From assembly GCF_014280175.1 (NCBI RefSeq), contig NZ_CP047931.1, positions 1,620,001 to 1,652,000 on the forward strand: a stretch of DNA of 32,000 nt, given 5' to 3'. The first letter of the stretch is position 1. Each line of letters starts with the position of its first letter. Positions 20,073-30,385 of the stretch are shown here, in pieces. Origin of the DNA: Synechococcus sp. A15-28. GTDB taxonomy: Bacteria; Cyanobacteriota; Cyanobacteriia; PCC-6307; Cyanobiaceae. The notes below the pieces were generated by a model. That model was not told where the DNA came from. It did no database searches and saw only the letters and a list, made by a program, of their open reading frames with translations. Both the position numbers and the translations under genes were made by a program.

Positions 20073-20947
20073 CTGCGTTGCAGCCAGCCATCCCCCTCAC
20101 CGCGGGGGACGCCGTGGCCACCGTGGCAGCGAGCTCGGCCCTGGCGGACGATCATCGCCTGGAAGAGGGGTTGGAGGTGCTCAGGGGCTGGGGGCTGTGC
20201 CCCTTGGAGCAGAACGTGAGCGCTCGTCGTTGGGGGCACCTGGCTGGAACCGATCAGGAGCGCTTCAGCGATTTGACCCAGGACGCTCCTCTGCTGGCCT
20301 GCGCCCGCGGCGGCTGGGGATCGGCACGGCTGCTGGAACACCCCATCTCCTGGAAACCCGGCTGGCTGCTGGGCTTCTCCGATGTCACGTCCCTCCTCTG
20401 GGCAAGGCTGAGCGCAGGGTGGGCTGGCGGCATCCACGGCCCGCTTCTCACCACCCTCGCAGCGGAACCGGCATGGAGCCGGGAACGTCTGCGACAACTG
20501 CTGTTTGGCGAGACACCCCCCGCCCTTGAGGGGGAACCGCGGGGAGGGGGACAGACCACCGGTCCGTTGCTGGCGGCCAACCTCACCGTGGCCAGCCACC
20601 TGCTCGGTTCGGGCCTGATGCCAAACCTTCAGGGAGCCATCCTTGTTCTTGAAGATGTCGGTGAGGCGCCGTATCGGATCGATCGAATGCTGACCCACTG
20701 GAGATTGTGTGGCGTGCTCCAACAGCTCGGCGGGATCGGCTTCGGTCAGTTCGAAGGATGCGACAGCAGCCCGGATGACCCTTTGACCACAACACTCGCA
20801 GCGGTGCTCGACGAGCGCACCGCTGACCTGAACATTCCCGTCGTGATGAATCTGCCGGTCGGCCACGTCTGCGGCAATGCCGCCTTGCCGATGGGGCAGC
20901 TGGCTTGCCTCGACGGCAATCGCGGCAGCCTCAGCCTTGTTGCCTGA
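20069..20947 (+). CDS. ldcA: Peptidase S66 / LD-carboxypeptidase
   Basis: [54 protein letters not shown] overlap with the upstream stop. Confidence 0.9.
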   Translation: MTALQPAIPLTAGDAVATVAASSALADDHRLEEGLEVLRGWGLCPLEQNVSARRWGHLAGTDQERFSDLTQDAPLLACARGGWGSARLLEHPISWKPGWLLGFSDVTSLLWARLSAGWAGGIHGPLLTTLAAEPAWSRERLRQLLFGETPPALEGEPRGGGQTTGPLLAANLTVASHLLGSGLMPNLQGAILVLEDVGEAPYRIDRMLTHWRLCGVLQQLGGIGFGQFEGCDSSPDDPLTTTLAAVLDERTADLNIPVVMNLPVGHVCGNAALPMGQLACLDGNRGSLSLVA

Positions 20948-21650
20948 GAGCCAGCACGGCTTCGGCCACCGTCAGGTCAAACGGTGTGGTCACCTTGATG
21001 TTGGACGGTCCGGCATCCAGCACTTGCACAGGCCAGCCGAGGCGCTCATACAGAGAGGCGTCGTCCGTGACGGCCCAACCCATCGCTTCAGCCTGGGCAT
21101 GCCCCTGGCGCAACTGGTCCACCTGAAAACCCTGAGGAGTCTGCGCAGCCCAGAGCTCCGATCGGTCCGGCGTCTCAGTGATCACCCCATCGCCATCCAC
21201 CCGCTTGATCGTGTCGGTGACAGGGGTTGCTGCGATCAGCGCCTGGCCTGTGGCCAGGGCCTGCGCGCAGCGATCGAACAGCGCCGGTTCCGCCAGGCAG
21301 CGGGCGCCGTCGTGGATCAACACCAGTTCAGCAGCGGCAGGCAGCCCCGCCAGCCCGCGCAACACCGACTCCTGCCGCGTGCTGCCGCCCTGGATCCAGG
21401 TGACCGGCTTGTCAGCATCCCCCATGAGATCAAGAATCGGTTCGCGATCGATCTCCTGACCCACCACACCGATCCAGTGGATCTGTTCAGCGGCCAACGC
21501 AGCCTTCAGCGTCCAGGCGATCACAGGCTTTCCGGCCAATGGCAGCAGAAGCTTGTTGCGATCCGCGCCCATGCGGCGACCACTGCCCGCTGCGGCGATC
21601 AACAGATGCACAAGCGACTCCTGCCCCAGGCAGGCCGAAACGGCCTCCAT
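20931..21650 (-). CDS. ispD: 2-C-methyl-D-erythritol 4-phosphate cytidylyltransferase
   Basis: [61 protein letters not shown]. Start at 21650 or GTG 21611. Confidence 0.94.
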   Translation of the reverse strand: MEAVSACLGQESLVHLLIAAAGSGRRMGADRNKLLLPLAGKPVIAWTLKAALAAEQIHWIGVVGQEIDREPILDLMGDADKPVTWIQGGSTRQESVLRGLAGLPAAAELVLIHDGARCLAEPALFDRCAQALATGQALIAATPVTDTIKRVDGDGVITETPDRSELWAAQTPQGFQVDQLRQGHAQAEAMGWAVTDDASLYERLGWPVQVLDAGPSNIKVTTPFDLTVAEAVLALRQQG

Positions 21651-21684
21651 ACAATCAGTCTGCACCCCGCCCTGAGGCGAGTCC

Positions 21685-22518
21685 ATGCGTGTTCTTGCTC
21701 TCAGCCCTGGCCCGCTGGCCCAGCAACTGGATCGACTCCCGGCGCTGGTGAGCCTGTGCGAGCAGGTGGGCGCCACTCTGCAGGTGGCCTGCGCTCCGGC
21801 CTGTCGCGGGGCCTGGGACCTGGTTCCCCAAGTGGAGAAGATTCTTCCCTTTGATTTCGAGGCAGCACCCACCCTCGCGGACTGGGCCAACCTGCTTGGT
21901 TGCGTGCGGGAGCCCGATTTTCAGGTCTGCCTCAACTTCGCTGAAGGACGGCAGGTGAACCTGATGCTGTCGATGAGTCACATCCCCACGCGAATCGCCA
22001 GCAGCGGTTTCTCCAGCACTGAAATCGTCTCCCCCGGCGAGGGCTGGTGTGCCCAGCGCCTGGCCAGTGTGCTGAAGCCCCTGGGCTGCGACCTGGATGC
22101 GGACCGTTTCCGACTGGCCCTTTCCAGCACGGACCTCGACGCCGCCCGCGCTGAACAACCCGCCGGAGAAGGCCCCATGCTGCTGCTGGCTCCTGCTGGC
22201 TCGACTGTGGATTGGCCGGAACAGCGCTGGAGGTCACTGCCAGAGGCCATCGCGCAGCGCCTCAAAGGACTGCGCACCTTGCAGCTGAATCCGGATCTGC
22301 CCATCAACCGTCGTGCGGCGGCTGTCGCCAGTGCCGACGTGGTGCTCAGCAGCTGCCCGGTGAGCCAGAAGTTGGCCATCTACAGCGGCGTTCCACTGGT
22401 GGCACTGGGCGCGGAACCTCAGGACCTCCCCGACCGACCCGACATTCGCTGCCTTGGCACCCCCGGTAATCTCAGCGCCCTTGCGGACGATGAGGTGCTT
22501 CAGGCCCTCGGGTTCTGA
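21685..22518 (+). CDS. Glycosyltransferase family 9 (heptosyltransferase-like)
   Basis: [27 protein letters not shown]...; [18 protein letters not shown]; [28 protein letters not shown]. Confidence 0.75.
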   Translation: MRVLALSPGPLAQQLDRLPALVSLCEQVGATLQVACAPACRGAWDLVPQVEKILPFDFEAAPTLADWANLLGCVREPDFQVCLNFAEGRQVNLMLSMSHIPTRIASSGFSSTEIVSPGEGWCAQRLASVLKPLGCDLDADRFRLALSSTDLDAARAEQPAGEGPMLLLAPAGSTVDWPEQRWRSLPEAIAQRLKGLRTLQLNPDLPINRRAAAVASADVVLSSCPVSQKLAIYSGVPLVALGAEPQDLPDRPDIRCLGTPGNLSALADDEVLQALGF

Positions 22519-22527
22519 CCAGCACTG

Positions 22528-23595
22528 ATGAATCAGGGCTCTCGACGCTGGACGAGCCGACGTCAGCTCAAGCTGCTGGCGGCCCCATGGCGCGGTCCCT
22601 TCAGCGCCCTCGCGGCCGTGATCTCGATCGGTGCGATGGGCTACCGCCTCACCGAAGGATGGGATTGGGGGGACTGTCTCTGGATGGTGCTGATCACCAT
22701 CAGCACCATCGGCTACGGAGAAGTGGAAACCCTCTCCCCGGCAGGGCGGCTGGTGACGGTGCTGATCGTCGTGGGTGGCCTGATCGTCGTTCAACTGGCG
22801 ATTCAGCGGGTGCTTGGCCTGAAGGACGCGGGTTATTTCCGCAGACTGCAGGAGTTCCGCATCCACCGCATGCTGGAAAGCCTGCACGATCACGTCATCC
22901 TCTGCGGCTATGGGCGCATTGGTCAGGAGATCGCAGCCCAGCTGCAGCGCGATCAGATTCCCCTCGTGGTGATTGAGACCGACCCGGATCGTCGGGATGT
23001 GGCGGAAGCCAATGGACTGCAGGTGCTTCTGGCGGATGCGACCCTCGACGAAACGCTTCTCGACGCTGGCCTGGAGCGCTGTCAAAGCCTGGTGGCGGCT
23101 CTGCCCAGTGATGCTTCAAATCTCTATGTGGTTCTCAGCGCCCGGGGGTTGAAGCCCACCTGCAGGCTCATCGCGCGAGCCAACAGCGATGAAGCCGCCA
23201 CGAAGCTGCGGCTCGCCGGCGCCGCGGTTGTGGTGAGTCCCTACGTCGCCGGTGGACGGGTGATGGCGGCCTCCGCATTGCGTCCCCTGGCCCTGAATTT
23301 CATGGAACTTCTGGCGGGGTCGGATTTTGAAATCGAGGAATTCCAACTCAGCCGCGACCCTCTGCCCCTGAACGCAATTCAGGGTCGGAGCCTGGCGGAA
23401 CTGGAACTGGGCCGCCGCAGCGGAGCCCTCGTGCTTGCGATCCGAGATGGAAATGACCTGATCGCCAACCCAGGCGGGGAAACCCAGTTGGCCCCTGGCC
23501 AACTGCTGATCGTGCTGGGCAGCAAGCCGCAACTCAAACGCTTTCAGGCGCTTCTGGGCGAAGCGGTCGACAGCATCGAAACCATGGCGGGTTGA
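22528..23595 (+). CDS. 2TM potassium channel with TrkA-N/RCK and TrkA-C domains
   Basis: Selectivity filter TISTIGYGE; VILCGYGRIGQEIAAQLQ Rossmann motif; C-terminal GNDLIANPGGETQLAPGQLLIVLGS. Confidence 0.9.
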   Translation: MNQGSRRWTSRRQLKLLAAPWRGPFSALAAVISIGAMGYRLTEGWDWGDCLWMVLITISTIGYGEVETLSPAGRLVTVLIVVGGLIVVQLAIQRVLGLKDAGYFRRLQEFRIHRMLESLHDHVILCGYGRIGQEIAAQLQRDQIPLVVIETDPDRRDVAEANGLQVLLADATLDETLLDAGLERCQSLVAALPSDASNLYVVLSARGLKPTCRLIARANSDEAATKLRLAGAAVVVSPYVAGGRVMAASALRPLALNFMELLAGSDFEIEEFQLSRDPLPLNAIQGRSLAELELGRRSGALVLAIRDGNDLIANPGGETQLAPGQLLIVLGSKPQLKRFQALLGEAVDSIETMAG

Positions 23596-23642
23596 GCCGG
23601 CTCCGGGCGCATCCCTACGATCCTCCGATCACAGCAGCCGCC

Positions 23643-24395
23643 ATGCTCAGCTCCACCTCCCTCGACGGTCAGACCGCATTGGTGACAGGAGGCGGACGGG
23701 GCATCGGCAAAGCCATCGCCCTGGCCCTCGCGGAAGCCGGAGCTGAGGTGGTGGTCAACTACGCCAATTCCGCCGGTGCCGCTGACGAGGTGGTGGCTGC
23801 GATCACCGCTGCCGGTGGAAAGGCCTACGCCCTGAAGGCCAACGTCTCCATCGAGGAGGAGGTGGACGGACTGATCAAGGCGGTTCTGGAGCGCAGCGGT
23901 CGCCTGGACGTTCTGGTGAACAACGCTGGTATCACCAGGGACGGCCTGCTGATGCGGATGAAAACCGATGACTGGCAGGCGGTGATCGACCTGAACCTCA
24001 CCGGGGTGTTTCTGTGCAGCCGTGCCGTGGCACGTCCGATGTTGAAGCAGAAAAGCGGCCGCATCATCAACATCACCTCGGTGGTGGGACTGATGGGGAA
24101 TGCCGGTCAGGCCAACTACGCCGCGGCCAAAGCCGGGGTGATCGGCCTGACCCGCAGCTCCGCCAAGGAACTGGCCAGCAGGGGGATCACGGTCAATGCC
24201 GTGGCCCCTGGCTTCATCGCCACAGACATGACCAAGGATCTGGATGCCGACGCCATCCTCAAGGACATTCCCCTGGGACAGTTCGGCACCCAGGAACAGG
24301 TGGCTGGAGCCGTGCGCTTTCTCGCAGCGGACGACGCTGCTGCCTACATCACCGGTCAGGTTCTGCAGGTGGATGGCGGCATGGTGATGGCCTGA
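23643..24395 (+). CDS. fabG: 3-oxoacyl-[ACP] reductase
   Basis: ALVTGGGRGIGKAIALALAEAG, LVNNAGITRD, NITSVVGLMGNAGQANYAAAKAGVIGLTRS, VDGGMVM. Confidence 0.95.
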   Translation: MLSSTSLDGQTALVTGGGRGIGKAIALALAEAGAEVVVNYANSAGAADEVVAAITAAGGKAYALKANVSIEEEVDGLIKAVLERSGRLDVLVNNAGITRDGLLMRMKTDDWQAVIDLNLTGVFLCSRAVARPMLKQKSGRIINITSVVGLMGNAGQANYAAAKAGVIGLTRSSAKELASRGITVNAVAPGFIATDMTKDLDADAILKDIPLGQFGTQEQVAGAVRFLAADDAAAYITGQVLQVDGGMVMA

Positions 24396-24399
24396 TCGT

Positions 24400-24576
24400 T
24401 CAGGAATCGAGGGGCTGAGCCAACTCTTCCCGCAGTCGACGGATGCGTTGAAGCAGGCGCAATCGTCGGCTTCGTTCGGTCGCCGTGAGAAAAATCCGCA
24501 GCGGCACATACACAAGGGCCATGGAGCCGGCCAAGCCCGCCATCAGGACGAAGAACAGCGTGCCGTTGTCACCCAT
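24400..24576 (-). CDS. 58-aa small membrane protein
   Basis: Manual translation of the minus strand: MGDNGTLFFVLMAGLAGSMALVYVPLRIFLTATERSRRLRLLQRIRRLREELAQPLDS. One TM helix and an Arg-rich tail. Missing from the ORF track because of its length cut-off. Confidence 0.65.
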   Translation of the reverse strand: MGDNGTLFFVLMAGLAGSMALVYVPLRIFLTATERSRRLRLLQRIRRLREELAQPLDS

Positions 24577-24706
24577 GTGCGGACATTAATCAGAGTGTGT
24601 GATGACGACATGAGCTGAGGGGTTCCGATTCGGCTTTCCCCACCGATGCCCCCCTGTCGAGCCCTGCAAGTGCTGTGGGACAGTGATCGACGGCGGTCCC
24701 GAGATC

Positions 24707-26395
24707 ATGGCCAAACTCCTTTCCTTCTCTGACGAATCCCGCAGCGCCCTGGAACGCGGCGTCGACGCCTTGGCTGACGCCGTGCGCGTCACCATCGGCC
24801 CGCGCGGCCGCAATGTGGTGCTGGAAAAGTCATTCGGTGCCCCCGACATCGTCAATGACGGCGACACCATCGCCCGAGAAATCGAACTGGATGATCCCTT
24901 CGAGAACCTTGGGGCCAAGTTGATCCAGCAGGTGGCCTCCCGCACCAAGGACAAGGCCGGTGACGGCACCACGACGGCCACGGTGCTGGCCCAGGCCATG
25001 GTGAGGGAAGGTCTGCGCAACACGGCTGCAGGAGCCAGCCCGGTAGAGCTCCGCCGTGGCATGGAAAAGGCCGTCGCACAGGTGGTCAACGGTCTTCAGC
25101 AGCGCAGCCAGCCCGTGGCGGGAGATTCCATCCGTCAGGTGGCCACCGTCAGTTCCGGTGGTGACGACGAAGTGGGTCGGATGATTTCCGAAGCCATGGA
25201 TCGTGTCAGCGCCGATGGGGTGATCACCGTTGAGGAGTCCAAATCCCTGGCTACGGAGCTTGAGGTCACCGAAGGCATGGCCTTCGACCGCGGCTACAGC
25301 TCCCCCTATTTCGTCACCGATCCCGATCGCCAGATCTGTGAGTTCGAGAATCCGCTGATCCTGCTCACCGATCGCAAGATCAGCGCCATCGCCGATCTCG
25401 TTCCTGTGCTTGAAGCGGTGCAGAAGAGTGGTTCTCCACTGTTGATCCTGGCCGAGGAAGTGGAAGGCGAAGCCCTGGCCACCCTCGTGGTGAATCGCAA
25501 CCGGGGCGTGTTGCAGGTGGCGGCTGTCCGGGCCCCATCCTTCGGCGAACGCCGCAAAGCAGCCCTCGCTGATATCGCCATCCTCACCGGCGGAACGCTG
25601 ATCAGTGAAGACCGGGCGATGACCCTGGACAAAGTGGAGCTGTCTGATCTCGGCAAAGCACGCCGCGTCACCATCAGCAAGGAGAGCACCACGATCGTGG
25701 CCACGGAGGATCACCGTGCCGCCGTCACCGACCGTGTGGCCTCCATCAAGCGAGAACTCGATGCCACCGACTCCGACTACGACCGCGAGAAGCTGAACGA
25801 GCGCATCGCCAAGCTCGCCGGCGGCGTTGCCGTCATCAAAGTGGGTGCTCCCACGGAAACGGAACTCAAGAACCGCAAGCTGCGGATCGAGGATGCCCTG
25901 AACGCCACCCGGGCGGCCATCGAAGAGGGCATCGTTCCCGGTGGTGGCACCACACTTCTGCAGCTGGCCGATGGGTTGAACAGCCTGGTGGAGCAGCTGG
26001 AAGGTGATCAACGCACCGGTGTTGAAATTCTTCAGCGTGCCCTGGTGGCACCGGTGCATCACATCGCCACCAACGCAGGCCATAACGGCGACGTTGTGAT
26101 CGAAGCCATGCGCAACAGCGGTCAAGGGTTCAACGCCCTCACCGGCAACTACGAAGATCTGATGGCTGCTGGCATTGTCGATGCCGCCAAGGTGGTGAGC
26201 CTCGCTGTTCAGGATGCAGTGTCGATCGCCTCGCTGCTGATCACCACGGAAGTGGTGATCGCGGACAAACCTGAGCCGGAAGCCCCGGCTGCCGATGGCG
26301 GCGGCGATCCCATGGGCGGCATGGGTGGAATGGGCGGCATGGGCATGCCTGGAATGGGCGGCATGGGGGGCATGGGCATGCCCGGGATGATGTGA
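24707..26395 (+). CDS. groL: Chaperonin GroEL
   Basis: [44 protein letters not shown]...[15 protein letters not shown]...GGM-rich C terminus. Confidence 0.97.
   Translation: MAKLLSFSDESRSALERGVDALADAVRVTIGPRGRNVVLEKSFGAPDIVNDGDTIAREIELDDPFENLGAKLIQQVASRTKDKAGDGTTTATVLAQAMVREGLRNTAAGASPVELRRGMEKAVAQVVNGLQQRSQPVAGDSIRQVATVSSGGDDEVGRMISEAMDRVSADGVITVEESKSLATELEVTEGMAFDRGYSSPYFVTDPDRQICEFENPLILLTDRKISAIADLVPVLEAVQKSGSPLLILAEEVEGEALATLVVNRNRGVLQVAAVRAPSFGERRKAALADIAILTGGTLISEDRAMTLDKVELSDLGKARRVTISKESTTIVATEDHRAAVTDRVASIKRELDATDSDYDREKLNERIAKLAGGVAVIKVGAPTETELKNRKLRIEDALNATRAAIEEGIVPGGGTTLLQLADGLNSLVEQLEGDQRTGVEILQRALVAPVHHIATNAGHNGDVVIEAMRNSGQGFNALTGNYEDLMAAGIVDAAKVVSLAVQDAVSIASLLITTEVVIADKPEPEAPAADGGGDPMGGMGGMGGMGMPGMGGMGGMGMPGMM
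26318..26383 (+). repeat. Two 33-nt tandem units encoding [11 protein letters not shown] twice in the GroEL tail
   Basis: 26318-26350 and 26351-26383 encode the same 11 aa, with five synonymous third-position differences. Confidence 0.9.
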
Positions 26396-27085
26396 TCAGG
26401 CCGCCATCCCTCGGCAGTAGGCCTGCACCTGCAGGTCTACCCCGGTGATCGCCGTTCCAACCACCACGTTGTCCGCGCCAGCCTCAAGGGCAGTGCAGGC
26501 TGCGGTTGGCGAGGAGATCCCCCCTTCACAGATTAGGCGAACCGACGTTTTCAGTTCCTTCCGCAGCTCCGGCAGCAGGTTCAGGGCCGGCGGCGACTGG
26601 TCAGCCGTGTCCTCGGTGTAGCCATAGAGCGTTGTGCCGACCCAATCGCAACCCAGCTCGGCAGCACGGATGCCGTTCGCGACGCTGTCGACATCTGCCA
26701 TGAGTGGAGCCCGCAACTCAGACCGGCAACGCTGAATCAACGCCTCCAACCGTTGTTCCTCCGGCCGAGGGCGCTGGGTGGCGTCCAACGCAATGACATC
26801 GGCGCCAGCGGACCACACCGCCTGAACCTCCTTCCATCCCGGTGTGATGTAAACGGGACTATCGGGGAAGGTGCATTTCCACAGTCCAATGATGAGCGCA
26901 TCGGGGCAGCGGCGGCGTACGGCCCCAATGTGCTCCGGACTCTCCAGGCGTACTCCGACAGCTCCGCAGCGCAAGGACGCTTCCGCCATTGCTGCGATCA
27001 CCTGGGAATCACGCATGGGGGAGCCCGGGGGGGCCTGCACCGAAACGATCAGTCCCTGCTCAAGCCGCTCAGTCGTAGGGATCAT
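26396..27085 (-). CDS. nanE: N-acetylmannosamine-6-phosphate 2-epimerase-like protein
   Basis: EQGLIVSVQAPPGSPM, IIGLWKCTFPDSPVYITPGWKEV, ADVIALDATQRPRP, LMADVDSVANGIRAAELGCDWVGTTLYGYT, ICEGGISSP, ADNVVVGTAIT. Confidence 0.85.
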   Translation of the reverse strand: MIPTTERLEQGLIVSVQAPPGSPMRDSQVIAAMAEASLRCGAVGVRLESPEHIGAVRRRCPDALIIGLWKCTFPDSPVYITPGWKEVQAVWSAGADVIALDATQRPRPEEQRLEALIQRCRSELRAPLMADVDSVANGIRAAELGCDWVGTTLYGYTEDTADQSPPALNLLPELRKELKTSVRLICEGGISSPTAACTALEAGADNVVVGTAITGVDLQVQAYCRGMAA

Positions 27086-27091
27086 CAGCGA

Positions 27092-27487
27092 TCAGGAGGC
27101 CTTGTGGACGCTGTCATCGCCCGATACAAGCCATCTCCGCAGAGATGGGGGCGTGCTCAGCGGGGGAGCCGTCACCTCGTGGAACTCATCAGCAGGATGA
27201 TCAACGGACATCGTCGGCTCATCGAGTGCTCGGCTCACCTCCCTGAAGGAATGGCGCACAACATTTGAGACCCGCTCGAAGGCCCCAGGCTGATCGGCGA
27301 CAGGCTCGACCTCCGCAACCGGATCGACTCTCGAGAACTCCGGCAGGGAGTCCACACCGAACCGATGCACCCACTGGCTGCGCAAAAGACGCAATTGCCT
27401 CTGATCATCAGCGCCGTGGGCGGCCTTCAGTTGGCTGGCGAGGATGTTCTGACGCTGGGACGGAGGATCAAACGGGGAAGAGAGCAC
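27092..27487 (-). CDS. Hypothetical protein (131 aa)
   Basis: ORF fits tightly between permease (stop 27491) and nanE (start 27085) on the same strand. No family recognised. Confidence 0.6.
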   Translation of the reverse strand: MLSSPFDPPSQRQNILASQLKAAHGADDQRQLRLLRSQWVHRFGVDSLPEFSRVDPVAEVEPVADQPGAFERVSNVVRHSFREVSRALDEPTMSVDHPADEFHEVTAPPLSTPPSLRRWLVSGDDSVHKAS

Positions 27488-27490
27488 GGG

Positions 27491-28345
27491 TCAGGACAAC
27501 TTGCGGTTGAGCAGGGGACGAATCAGAAGGAAGAGTCCAACGGTGAGGGCGACAAGGATGCTGAGACAGCCGAAACCGGTCACATCGCCGTAGGGGGCCT
27601 CCAAAAGAACCGCCGAAAGATCCAGCGGACCGCGATAAGCGGCACGGATGGGTTCAATCGCGAAGGTAAGGGGATTCAGGGCCGCAAGCCAGCCCAGCCA
27701 GGAGGGCATGAAGGAGAGCGGAGCCAAGGCTGTGCTGGCGAACAACAACGGCAAATTGGCCACGAAGATGACGGCAATCAGCTCGATATGTCCCGGTAGG
27801 GCAAAGGCCAGGCCGAGACTCAGGGCCGTAACGGCGAACACCAGCATCAGCAGGGTCAGAAGCACCAAGAGGAGACCAGCGCCTCCCGGCCAGCCGTACC
27901 CCAGGGCTGCGGCCGTCAGCATGATGGCCAGGCTCTGCAGAAGGCTCAGGGCCGTGATGTAAATCACCGAAGCCAGAACGATCGAACTGCGACTGCGCAA
28001 CGGAGCCACCAGCAGCCGGTTCAGGAAACCGAACTCCCGATCGAACATCACCGGCAGTCCCGCATTCAAGGCACCACTGAATGCGGTGAAAACGATCACG
28101 CCAGCGCCAAGGAACCTCCCGTAGCTCATGCCCCCAGGAAGGAGGCCTTCCGGTGCATTGGCAAACAGGGCGCCGAAGAGAATCAACCAGATCAGAGGTT
28201 GAAGGATGCCAGCGATCAATGTGGAAGGACGACGCAGCAACTGCAGGAACAATCGTCGCGTCAGAGCCACGGTCTCCTGCGTGAGCTCGGCGAGAGCTCC
28301 GCGATCGTTAGCGAGGGAAGGCAGGGCTGAAGAGGTCATGAGCAA
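27491..28345 (-). CDS. ABC-2 type transporter permease
   Basis: 284 aa, six hydrophobic stretches; RRPSTLIAGILQPLIWLILFGALF; NREFGFLNRLL-like FDREFGFLNRLLVAPL. Confidence 0.88.
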   Translation of the reverse strand: MLMTSSALPSLANDRGALAELTQETVALTRRLFLQLLRRPSTLIAGILQPLIWLILFGALFANAPEGLLPGGMSYGRFLGAGVIVFTAFSGALNAGLPVMFDREFGFLNRLLVAPLRSRSSIVLASVIYITALSLLQSLAIMLTAAALGYGWPGGAGLLLVLLTLLMLVFAVTALSLGLAFALPGHIELIAVIFVANLPLLFASTALAPLSFMPSWLGWLAALNPLTFAIEPIRAAYRGPLDLSAVLLEAPYGDVTGFGCLSILVALTVGLFLLIRPLLNRKLS

Positions 28346-28354
28346 TTGGCGGAC

Positions 28355-29368
28355 TCAACGCATGGACTGGCGCTTTTCCTGTTTGAGGTCGCGCTGACCG
28401 GCCAGGGCCAGCTCCGCATCCATCAGGGTTCGGCCTGTGGCCTGAAGGTAGACATCATCAAGGCTGGGACGGCTCTGGGCGAGAGCAAAAACAGGCAAGC
28501 CTTCATGATCCAGACATTGACGCACCCTGCTGATCACAACGTCTCCATCAATGACGAGATTGAGCGAAAATCCCTGGGCCCGGTTCACCACCACCTGACG
28601 GACCCCCTCCAGGGGCTGCAGCAGCTGGCAGACCCGATCGGCTTCTGTGGCGTCACTGAATTCCCGCACCCGCAGCGTCACACGGTCCCCCCCGAGCTGT
28701 TGTTTCAACCCATCGGGGGTGCCTTCTGCAATCACCCGTCCCGAATCGATGATCGCCATGCGATCGGCGATGGCCTCAATCTCTTCGAGGTAGTGACTGC
28801 TGAGCAGCACGCTGGTGCCCTGACTGACCAGCTGGCGCAGCAGATCCCAGATGGCCGATCGGCTCTCGATATCAAGGCCCACTGTCGGCTCATCCAGCAC
28901 CAGCAGGCGGGGGCGATGCAACAGACCGGCCGCAAGGTCCAGACGTCGCCGCATTCCTCCGGAATAGGTGCCGCAGCGTCGGTCCACCCAATCCCCCATG
29001 GCCAAGCGCTCGATGAGGTCGGCCATGCGCTGATCACGATCCCGTCTTGGCAGGTGATAAAGGTCTCCCTGCAGTTGGAGCAGCTCACGACCCGTCAGGA
29101 TTTTGTCGATGGCCACCTCCTGGGCCACGTAGCCAAGCTGACGTCGCACCGCTCTGGGATCCTTTATGGCATCGATACCGGCCACCTGAACCGATCCCGA
29201 GTCAGGTTCCAGCAACGTGGCCAGGATGCGAAGCGTTGACGTTTTCCCAGCGCCATTGGGTCCCAAGAGGCCATAAAGACAGGCCTCAGGAACCTCAAGG
29301 TTCAAGTCTTCGAGCGCCACAACAGAGCCGTAAGACTTGCGCAGGTGCCGAAGTTCAATAAGGGGCAT
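28355..29368 (-). CDS. ABC transporter ATP-binding protein
   Basis: GLLGPNGAGKTSTLRIL Walker A, YSGGMRRRLDLAAGLLHRPRLLVLDEPTVGLD signature and Walker B. Confidence 0.93.
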   Translation of the reverse strand: MPLIELRHLRKSYGSVVALEDLNLEVPEACLYGLLGPNGAGKTSTLRILATLLEPDSGSVQVAGIDAIKDPRAVRRQLGYVAQEVAIDKILTGRELLQLQGDLYHLPRRDRDQRMADLIERLAMGDWVDRRCGTYSGGMRRRLDLAAGLLHRPRLLVLDEPTVGLDIESRSAIWDLLRQLVSQGTSVLLSSHYLEEIEAIADRMAIIDSGRVIAEGTPDGLKQQLGGDRVTLRVREFSDATEADRVCQLLQPLEGVRQVVVNRAQGFSLNLVIDGDVVISRVRQCLDHEGLPVFALAQSRPSLDDVYLQATGRTLMDAELALAGQRDLKQEKRQSMR

Positions 29369-29404
29369 CGCACAGCCGAACCAGGGACGGAATCTAAGAA
29401 CCGA

Positions 29405-30385
29405 TCAGACGATCGGCAGCTGCTGCAGGGCCGACATCACCTGTTGATCAAAGCTGGAGGCGAGGTCAGTGCGGCTGAGAATCAGCAACAAGCAAATGCC
29501 GAACAGGTACAGGATCGACCAGCGAAACAGTCCCTTGGCGGCGGTCAGGCTGTCGGGGTCCTTCGACAGACGCTGCACCATCTGGATCAGTCGGCCATTG
29601 AAGGGAAGCAGCATCATTCCGTAGAAAACACCTCCTGTGGGCAGAGCCAGAACACCGAATCCGCTCAGCAGCACCGTGGCCCAGCCGTAGCGACGGATCG
29701 CCCGTGCCGTCACCACAGGTCCTTTGATCACCGGCAACATCGGGATGCCGACAGCTCGGTAGTCCTCCTTGAGCAACAGCGCCAGGGCCCAGAAATGAGC
29801 GGGTGTCCAGACCATCACGAGCGCGAAAAGCCACCATCCACCCAGGCCTACATGGCCCGTCGCCGCAGCAGCTCCCACGAGGGGAGGAATGGCCCCTGCG
29901 ACGCCACCGATGACGATGTTCTGCGTTGTGCGTGGCTTGAGCAGAGCGGTGTACAGCAGCACATAGCTGCAGAGCCCCAGCAGCGACAGACCAGCCGCCA
30001 GACAGTTCACACCGCTCACCAGCAGCATGGCCGCCGCCAGGGTGCAAGTTATGGCGCCGATGAAGGCGCTTGTGGGGGAAAGGCGACCAGAGGGAAGAGC
30101 ACGGCCGCTGGTGCGCGCCATGCGCCCATCCAGATCCTGCTCCCACAGACAGTTGAGAACTCCAGCCGCGGCAGAGGCCAGTGCCCCGCCACCCAGGGTG
30201 CAGACCAGACGGGGGGAGGACAAAGGCCATCCCTCGGTGAGAGCCATGCCGCCCAGGGTGGTGGCCAGAAGCAAGGGGATCAGCCTTGGTTTGGCCACTT
30301 CAAGCCAAGGGGGGAGCTTGATTCGTTTCCTCGAGGGAACGACCTGATCACGAGTGGGAAGGGCAGCGGAGATGGCTTCAGCCAT
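29405..30385 (-). CDS. ctaB: Protohaem IX farnesyltransferase (haem O synthase)
   Basis: [71 protein letters not shown]. Internal ATG at 30385 chosen. Confidence 0.95.
   Translation of the reverse strand: MAEAISAALPTRDQVVPSRKRIKLPPWLEVAKPRLIPLLLATTLGGMALTEGWPLSSPRLVCTLGGGALASAAAGVLNCLWEQDLDGRMARTSGRALPSGRLSPTSAFIGAITCTLAAAMLLVSGVNCLAAGLSLLGLCSYVLLYTALLKPRTTQNIVIGGVAGAIPPLVGAAAATGHVGLGGWWLFALVMVWTPAHFWALALLLKEDYRAVGIPMLPVIKGPVVTARAIRRYGWATVLLSGFGVLALPTGGVFYGMMLLPFNGRLIQMVQRLSKDPDSLTAAKGLFRWSILYLFGICLLLILSRTDLASSFDQQVMSALQQLPIV

Noticed and set aside
24577-24706. CIRCE heat-shock operator before groL
   Set aside because: The TTAGCACTC/GAGTGCTAA inverted repeat is absent.
24830-26125. 431-aa minus-strand ORF opposite groL
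   Set aside because: The plus strand encodes an unmistakable GroEL. The antisense ORF is a by-product of high GC and codon bias, with no recognisable domain.
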